Assembly (NCBI GenBank): GCA_964016885.1
Contig: OZ024742.1
Coordinates: forward strand, 51,088,001-51,152,000
DNA: 64,000 bases
Reading direction: 5' to 3'
Source of the DNA: Eledone cirrhosa
Lineage: Eukaryota
The translations under genes and the position numbers were made by a program. Under the pieces are notes generated by a model. The model had not been told where the DNA came from, ran no database searches, and worked only from the letters and a program-made list of their open reading frames with translations. Shown in pieces: positions 56,588-64,000 of this stretch (the stretch's first letter is position 1; each line of letters starts with the position of its first letter).

Positions 56588-59008
56588 GTCTCTATCACTC
56601 TCTCTCCCGTACTTCAATAAAAGCACTAACCGCATGAACGGGGACCAGACGCTAAAGTTGTCTGTCTCTTTTCCCCTAATCTACACCAAATATACATAAC
56701 CAATAATCATATCGATAAAAACTTATCACATTACCCCATATCATAAACAATATTCAACAAGATGACCAATCAGCCAATAAAATTCCTAGAACTTATAATC
56801 ACTTAGGTTTTCATTTTGTATATTTCATAAGTTATATGTTGAATTATGACCGATTTAGGGTTGCCATTAATATTATTTTGTTCAGTGCGGATACTCTGTC
56901 CCCTATTAGCAGCATACTGTCATAACCCCTGAACATAGATGGGAAAACACAAAATATTGTAACTTGTTTCGTTGTAATAAGTAATTATGACATTTCCAAA
57001 TCGAGTACAAGAAGTTACAGAAAGTTAGTCGGATATATAATATGTTAGTCACATATAATTGACACATTCATATCTGAAGCTACTTTATGAGAAGAATTCA
57101 ATTAGTGCTATACATTTTAAGTTGTAAAGGGATCTATTCTAGCAGGTTTTGTCCGAAACATTTGTATTATATTTTCTGACAAAATCATCAGTAGATTCCG
57201 GGTCCTCTGGTAACCAAAATGTTTATACTCAATACGTTTGGTATTTATTAATATAACAAATAGATTCCTGAAGATATTTTTTCATTAAATGCGCACGTTT
57301 ATTACGTAAGGGATTTGTGGTTTCTTTCAGATTAATCATCAGTGTTTTATCTAAATCAGACTTTTGCGCCAGTTAATTTCAATTAATTGTGTGATTTACT
57401 GACTCACTTCACGCAAATATCCTATTTATATTGTGGTTAAACTGTTTAGGATTCCATTAGCAAAGACAATGATAGAAATGATATTATAAAAGAGGGAATA
57501 TACAAATTCAGCACAACGCCAATGCAAACAGTCTTTATTTCAATAATACGCAACCTTCTCAAAAATAAACTGGGGAATCCATTCAAAGATTCCAGTACTT
57601 AATTTCATCAATTTCAGAAAAAGGAATTTCAGTGAGCTTTGGACTAGAAAGAAAGGATGTGTAATGTAAACTTGAACGTATTTCCATCTTCGTTCTATGT
57701 TTCTAAAATATGTCAGAAGAGATCAAACAAACCATACAATGAAGGCTTCCAATCGTAATGAAGTATTTGTTATTTCATTTCTGGCACCGTGATTGTATCA
57801 TTTAAATAAAGATATGCATAGTATGAGAAAAATTGCATTTTATAAAATGTGTTGCGGACAGGTCATGAACGGTTTGTGTTCCACTCCGCTCATAATGGTC
57901 GTTGTATACAATATGTATACAATATTGTAGCACCAAACAGATTCTCACGTGTAATTGTCACCTCTGGTTCTTAAACAAATAATTTCGCACAAACATTGGC
58001 AATGTTCAATGTTTTATTCGGTCGTTTACTGAACATAATATATATATTTATTGCGGTGATTGAGTATTGAACATATTCATTGATTGACTACATTTTATGA
58101 CTTACCTCCAACACAACGTCGTCGCACGATTAGCCTTGAGTTCACCTACGAATTTAAGAAAAGTGAATAATCGCGAAGCAACACATAATTTTTGCTAAGA
58201 GAATTTAGTTAATCTAAAAAGTAAATACCAGTGATATTATAATACCAACATTTCAATGCGTTTGTGTATAATTGTGTCCGTGTTATAATGAATAAACATA
58301 TATTTGTATTCTGTGTAAGACAGAATAGGTATCACTAATGATATTTTGTATTGTTTGTGCTTCTGCATTATACATTCTCGTTCCATATGCTGCTGTATAT
58401 CTACATACATCCCTTGTATGTAGATAGCATGAGGCGATGGTTTAACAAAGTCCTTAGAACGTTATATAAAATGTAAATTGTATTCGTTCCGGCATTCTGG
58501 GTATGTCACCACGGCGATTCTTCAGTTCCATCAAGTGGCATATGCCTCTAGAAACATATTGATAGCATACGTTAAAAGCATTTTCTAATGATAGGAAAAT
58601 CAGTGTTCCTCTCCACAAATAATGTAAATCATAATGTCACAATACTGGGGAGGGAGATGCCATGTCATGCAAGTTGACACAATCCTCAATTCAGCAATGG
58701 GAATAGTGTATGTCTCAATTAAATCTACACCTACTCAGTAGCTATCTATCCTTTCTTATATGGCTCTTCCTCACATGCGGCATCAGGAGATGATCCTTGA
58801 GGCAGCACTTCTTACGAATCCAAGCCCGAACTTCCCATCTATAAAGACATGTTTAACTTTCCCATCATGCACTTGAAATCATTCAAACCCTTCTGGGAAT
58901 CAATAAAAATCCTTCCAGGCAATAATTTTGATTTGAAGGGAAAATGGTCTAAATCATGGAATCTGTACAACTGTGCCAACCAAGACCTCCTCCAGGGCAC
59001 TTCATCTA

Positions 59009-59125
59009 AACAACAACAACAACAACAACTACTACTACCACTACTACTGATACTACTACTACTACTACTACTACCACTAGTACTACTACTGCTGCTGCTG
59101 CTGCTACTACTGCTGATGCTGCTGG

Positions 59126-59167
<42 letters not shown>
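59009..59167. repeat. (CAA)n/(CTA)n/(CTG)n trinucleotide microsatellite
   Basis: Direct inspection; explains the poly-L/Q ORF 58849-59220. Confidence 0.95.
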
Positions 59168-59366
59168 CTGCCGCTAAAGCTTTTTCTTCTCCAGGTATGT
59201 GGATGATATTCCTACTGTAATTTCATCACACAAAGAAACAGTCAAGATTCACAAATTTGAAAATGTAGACGCACACGTGAGATTGGAAGTTGAACACCCA
59301 GAAACCACAGGGTCTGTCACCCTACTCGACTTTACACTAAGAGTCATATTATCATCAGCCGAATAA
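59168..59366 (+). mobile_element. PLE RT core fragment
   Basis: FFSRYVDDIPTV...ENVDAHVRLEVEHPETTGSVTLLDFTL, matching the PLE RYVDD...F/LxxE..LxFLD pattern. Confidence 0.75.
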
Positions 59367-59942
59367 AACCCAGGATAAATAATAGGTCAGAGATACATGA
59401 GGCTAGCACTCATGTGTTGAGCAGACGTATATGTCAATTAGAAAACTTCCATCGTTCGATCTGTTTTGTTTTGTACTGCTCTGGCTACACATCTAAAAAC
59501 AATGTAGTAACCTTGATGTTTCATGCTAAAATACACTGGGTAAAACATTACTTTGTTTTGTTTTATTTTTATTATTGTCCCTTCGTATATTCCTAACAGG
59601 CGGCGAAATGGGAGTCGTTAGAACGTCGGATAGAATGCTTTGTAGTATTCATTTCTGCTCTTTGCTTTCTAAGTTCTAATTCCGCAGAGGTCAACATTGC
59701 TTTTCGATAAAAAATGTACTGGGATAGATTCATTCTCTATATCTCGGTCTCACTTCCCTTCTCTCACTCTCTGTATCGCTCTCTGAACGAAATCTACTGT
59801 ATTCAGGGGGAAAAGATGGCTTCCGCCAAGAGCATATGTCAATATGGCGCCCCTACGACCCTCTCTGTAGTTACGGGTCCATACCATACCACATTATACG
59901 GACGTTTTCAAATTATCGGTCTTTTACTAAATAAATAAACAA

Positions 59943-60018
<76 letters not shown>

Positions 60019-61147
60019 TGTTAGAGAGAGCGGGGGAGGATATTAAACAATTGAAGTGGGCTGGATATTTGAAAAAAATAGTTATACCTAGTTTAGAGCA
60101 ATAAAACCTACTTTGAATATTTACGCCATATATATTTTCCACAAACCTACATTTGAATTAACCAGGGAAATATATACTAAATTTTCAACAACTATTATTC
60201 TCTTTTGCAGCGCACAATAAATTTTGAAATTCTACTTCGTCTGGTTTTTGACCTCGTAGATAATTTAGAGTAGTTTAGCAAAAACAATTTTCACAGTACG
60301 AATGGAACACCTAATGATGAAGTTGGCGTTTGTGTAAACGATTAGAATTAAATGGCAACAAATAAATCATATCATTTCTTCCCCTGAGTACGATCAAACG
60401 TATACATACACTTCTACCCGTTTTATGAATATAAGACTGCAATTCTGCCTTTCGTTTTGAACGTCCGCTAACGCCTAATTTGGTATTGGTTTCGTATTCA
60501 TAGACGGCACAAATGAAAAGAAAACAATAAATTCACTAACCTCATCATAAATACAATATGATAATGTGAAATGTGAAATGTAAGGAATTGATGCTGCCTA
60601 ATTATTAGCACGTTTAGTTGTTGTTCCATATGACTATATTAACTCTCAACTACTACTGAAGACATAGCTTAGGTACAGTAAACTTGATTGAGATGCTCCA
60701 CTCTCCTGATCTGACACTGCCGATTTTATTCAAGAAGGAGAGAGATTGTGAAAGAGAGGAAGTGAAAATGAGGTATAGATAATGAACCGTCCTTGGTACA
60801 TGACAGCTACAATGTCATCGATAGATAAAAGATAAATTTGACCTCAGTGGGATATGAACACATAGTGACCCGAAAGGAATATGAAAATCCTTCAATCCAA
60901 CGTTTTAACGACTCTACCAAACCGAGTTCGGCGCTGATCTATATACTTCAATATTAATTCCCTGACAAATCTTCAATGCATAATATATATATATTTGTTC
61001 ATATCTCTCATGCAACTTTAGATGTTAACTCTAAACAATATGTTAGAACATATTTTTACACGGGAACGTTAGTACAAACAACGACGATCTGATTTGAGAT
61101 ACAGATACATGGTGTGGTGATGTGAAGTCCGAAGAATGTACAAAATA

Positions 61148-61540
61148 ACTGGTTCTATTTTTGACACAAGGCCAGCAATTACTGGTACTTTTATTTTATC
61201 GATCTCGAAAGGATGAAAGGCAAAGGTAACCTCGGCGGGATTTGAACTCCGACCGTAAAGGGACGTAACTATTCTGGAGAGCATGGCGTCCAACTCTCTA
61301 CCGATACTGCCAATCCCCTCCTTAATATAATGGTTTCTTATATAGACACAATGCCAGTAATTTTTGGCGGAGGGGAAAGTCGATAAAATCGACCCCAGTG
61401 CGTGACTGGTACTTTATTTTATCGACCCCGCAAGGGTGAAAGACAAAATTAACCTCGGCGGGATTTGAACTCAGATCATAAAGGACCGTAACTCTATGCT
61501 GCAAAGCATGGCGTCCGATACTGCCAATCCACCGCCTTTG
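61148..61540 (-). mobile_element. Two tandem tRNA-derived SINEs, relatively well preserved
   Basis: Both contain actggtact..ttttatcga..gaaaggatgaaaggcaaag..aacctcggcgggatttgaactc and end in gatactgccaatcc. Confidence 0.88.
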
Positions 61541-62528
61541 ATGCATAGTTTGATGAATATACAAAATAATGAATAAGAAACACAGGCGACGAGAGAAAAG
61601 TATTATGAGATAGCAAAAGAACTGCGTACTTAGCAGTGCATATCCGTTAGCATTCAGTATAATTGACCGGTGGAAAATGCTTTTAAAATATTGTTTCCAA
61701 ACGGAACCTCGCTTAGGAAATTTGATCCGGCTTATTGCCTTTACAGGAAATATCCAGGTTCCTGCTGTAGACATGAATATGAGTTCTCCGTCTTATGTAT
61801 ATAGCAGTTTAGCTGGAATGGTAGCGAATGTTTTTGACACTCCAAGATGTTATCTGTGGCTTCTGTAAATTATGGTAATTCAAACATAAACTTGACTTGA
61901 AAGATTTTCGGTTCCTATGTATATAGTCACTACTAGAGACTCGGATTTGATAGAATCTTACTTCTCAATAACAGTGGTCTTATATATTAACCCTGCATGC
62001 TTTATACATAGACAAAATATACATTATGTTATGTTATTTTAAAAACAAACATGAGGGAAGGATATTATATATATATTACTCTGATCAATTTTGTGGGATA
62101 CATACTATAACAAAGCTACATGCATTTTATTTGGGGTATATATTAATTCTATATGTTCACGTATATTATGTGTTTCTTATGTTATAAATAGTCCATGTAC
62201 ATCGGACAAAACATGTGAAGAATGAATATGTAGATATGAAACTTATGTTGAAATATTCTCAGTGTCACTTACGATAAATTAGTATTTGTTGTAAACTATT
62301 TTCTTTCAAAATCCTGGCACATCGAGTCTTGTAATTGCAAAAATAGTAGTTTGAAAAACTGGGTAATAAACCCAATAAAGAAGAAAACACTTTCAGTAGC
62401 TTATCCCCATGGTAATTATGTTAAAATATTATTTGACCTCTTAAAATAATTATATTAATTATCAATGACCCTTATCTAATACTCAATGACAATCTGGACG
62501 TTGTTTGATCTAGAATGCTACGTTTCAA

Positions 62529-62665
62529 AACTGGATATTGGAATTTAAGCTGAGAATGAATGAGAATAAACTAGATATTGAAAATGGACCTGAGAATGTA
62601 ATGTGTCTAAACTAGATATTGGAATTTGAGCTAAGAATGTTTTGTCTACAGTAAATATTGCAAAT
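62529..62665. repeat. ~40-bp minisatellite, about 3.4 copies
   Basis: aaact(a/g)gatattg(g/a)aa...ct(g/a)agaatg repeated three times plus a partial copy. Confidence 0.8.
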
Positions 62666-64000
62666 ATGTGTTTCTTCTTTCCTGATATATTCACAACTTT
62701 AACGGAAAATGTAATTTAGTACCATTAATTAGATTTTAGCATGTGTTCGTGTAGATTATTATTGTACATTAGTTGCACTGTTATCATCGAATAAGTTGAA
62801 ACATAATCAGACCATTCAGTTGACAATTGTGATTACTTTCAAGTTACTTTACAATTAAGTCTAACTTTTTAAGATGTGTTATATGTGAATTATAATAAGG
62901 CTTGGTGTCCTTGTTTCTAAATTCTACATGAAATGTTCTCAACTATAGTTCTTCAATAGCAATTATTTTCTTAATAATTACACTAGATTAATTGAAATTG
63001 GCAACACTTTGACAAAAGAAACATGAATTTACAATGTTTTGTCATGGAAGACGATTGTTAATTTCAAGTAGAAATAGTTATGTTAGTAAACTCTTACTAG
63101 TAATGAATTTATGATACCAATCGAAATATTTCTCTTTGTTAACATATCAAATATTCCTGACGAAAAGAATCATTATATGACCCTAGCAAATTATTATTTG
63201 AAAAGGTTGATTATACATTTATTGCAGACATAATATATTTAATTTTCAAATATTAGACTTATATATCTGCGACGTGTAATCTGAAAGATGGGAACATATG
63301 TCAAATGTACGAAAAACTGACATAGATCGCATAATTCCGGGGGTATATAATATGAAAATTTAGGAATTATTTATTCTTCCTATCCTGCTCATAATTATGA
63401 ATTATGTGTAATTGAACTACATATAACGTGGAATATTTCTAATTGTAACAAAATTCATTAACATCAATATTATGTGATATAATAGTGTTTGATATATAAA
63501 TAACATCTTCAATATGTAATATTATGAAGAAAAGTTTAATTAGTTGGGGAAATAGAAAGTTTAGGAAAGTTAAATCATGAAGAATTGCTTTCTCATATAC
63601 ACGGAGAAAAATATTTGTAATAGATGTGAATTGTTTTATATGACAACCAATGTACTGATGCCCAGATGAATCTGTTCATCGGACATGAATCAGCTTGTGA
63701 TTTATATTCCACATTTCGTAGCATTGTCACTATTATGTATATTGAAAGAGGTATATAATATTTCACTACGTTTTATACTATATCTCTATTCTACTGTTAC
63801 TGCGACGAATTACGTCACAGAATTGATTAATAGTAAAGGGTTTGTATAAGTTTTCCTTTCCTTTTCTAGATGGGAATTTTTAATTCCTTAATATTTTCAA
63901 ATATCTGATTTCGTTTACTGAAGAATCAAATTCACCAAAATGCTGGGTTTTTTTTCTCAATTAAATAATGAACTAGCTAACTATATGTTAAGGAGTGTAT

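Noticed and set aside
58398-58426. 12-bp hairpin tatctacataca/tgtatgtagata
   Set aside because: Short and low-complexity; plausible by chance in this composition and with no associated element.
58849-59220. Poly-Leu/Gln ORF resembling a membrane protein
   Set aside because: Produced by a CAA/CTA/CTG microsatellite between retroelement-like fragments.
62529-62665. Repeat-spacer-like periodicity
   Set aside because: Not CRISPR: the whole unit is repeated with drift, there are no unique spacers or cas genes, and the context is eukaryotic.

Overview
AT-rich eukaryotic DNA, intergenic or intronic, with long (TA)n, (CA)n, (TAGA)n and (TAA)n microsatellites. The SINE and LINE repertoire suggests an octopus genome; this is inferred from recognition, not from a search. 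No intact host gene is visible, and nearly all long ORFs are microsatellite read-throughs or antisense frames of retroelements. The window holds decayed retroelements: Penelope-like elements (PLEs; Naiad- and Neptune-type), RTE, Tx1/L1 and R4/Dong-type LINEs, two probable solo LTRs and many tRNA-derived SINEs. The most notable recurring signal is short PLE-type 3' termini carrying minimal hammerhead-ribozyme cores, inserted into (TA)n tracts and often preceded by an inverted copy of themselves. One is a perfect 51-bp palindrome centred on what looks like hammerhead stem II. A near full-length RTE shows a similar fold-back duplication inside a single 10-bp TSD, and a Tx1 copy has an inverted, not direct, duplication of its flank. 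Together these suggest frequent cDNA fold-back self-priming during retrotransposition (inference).
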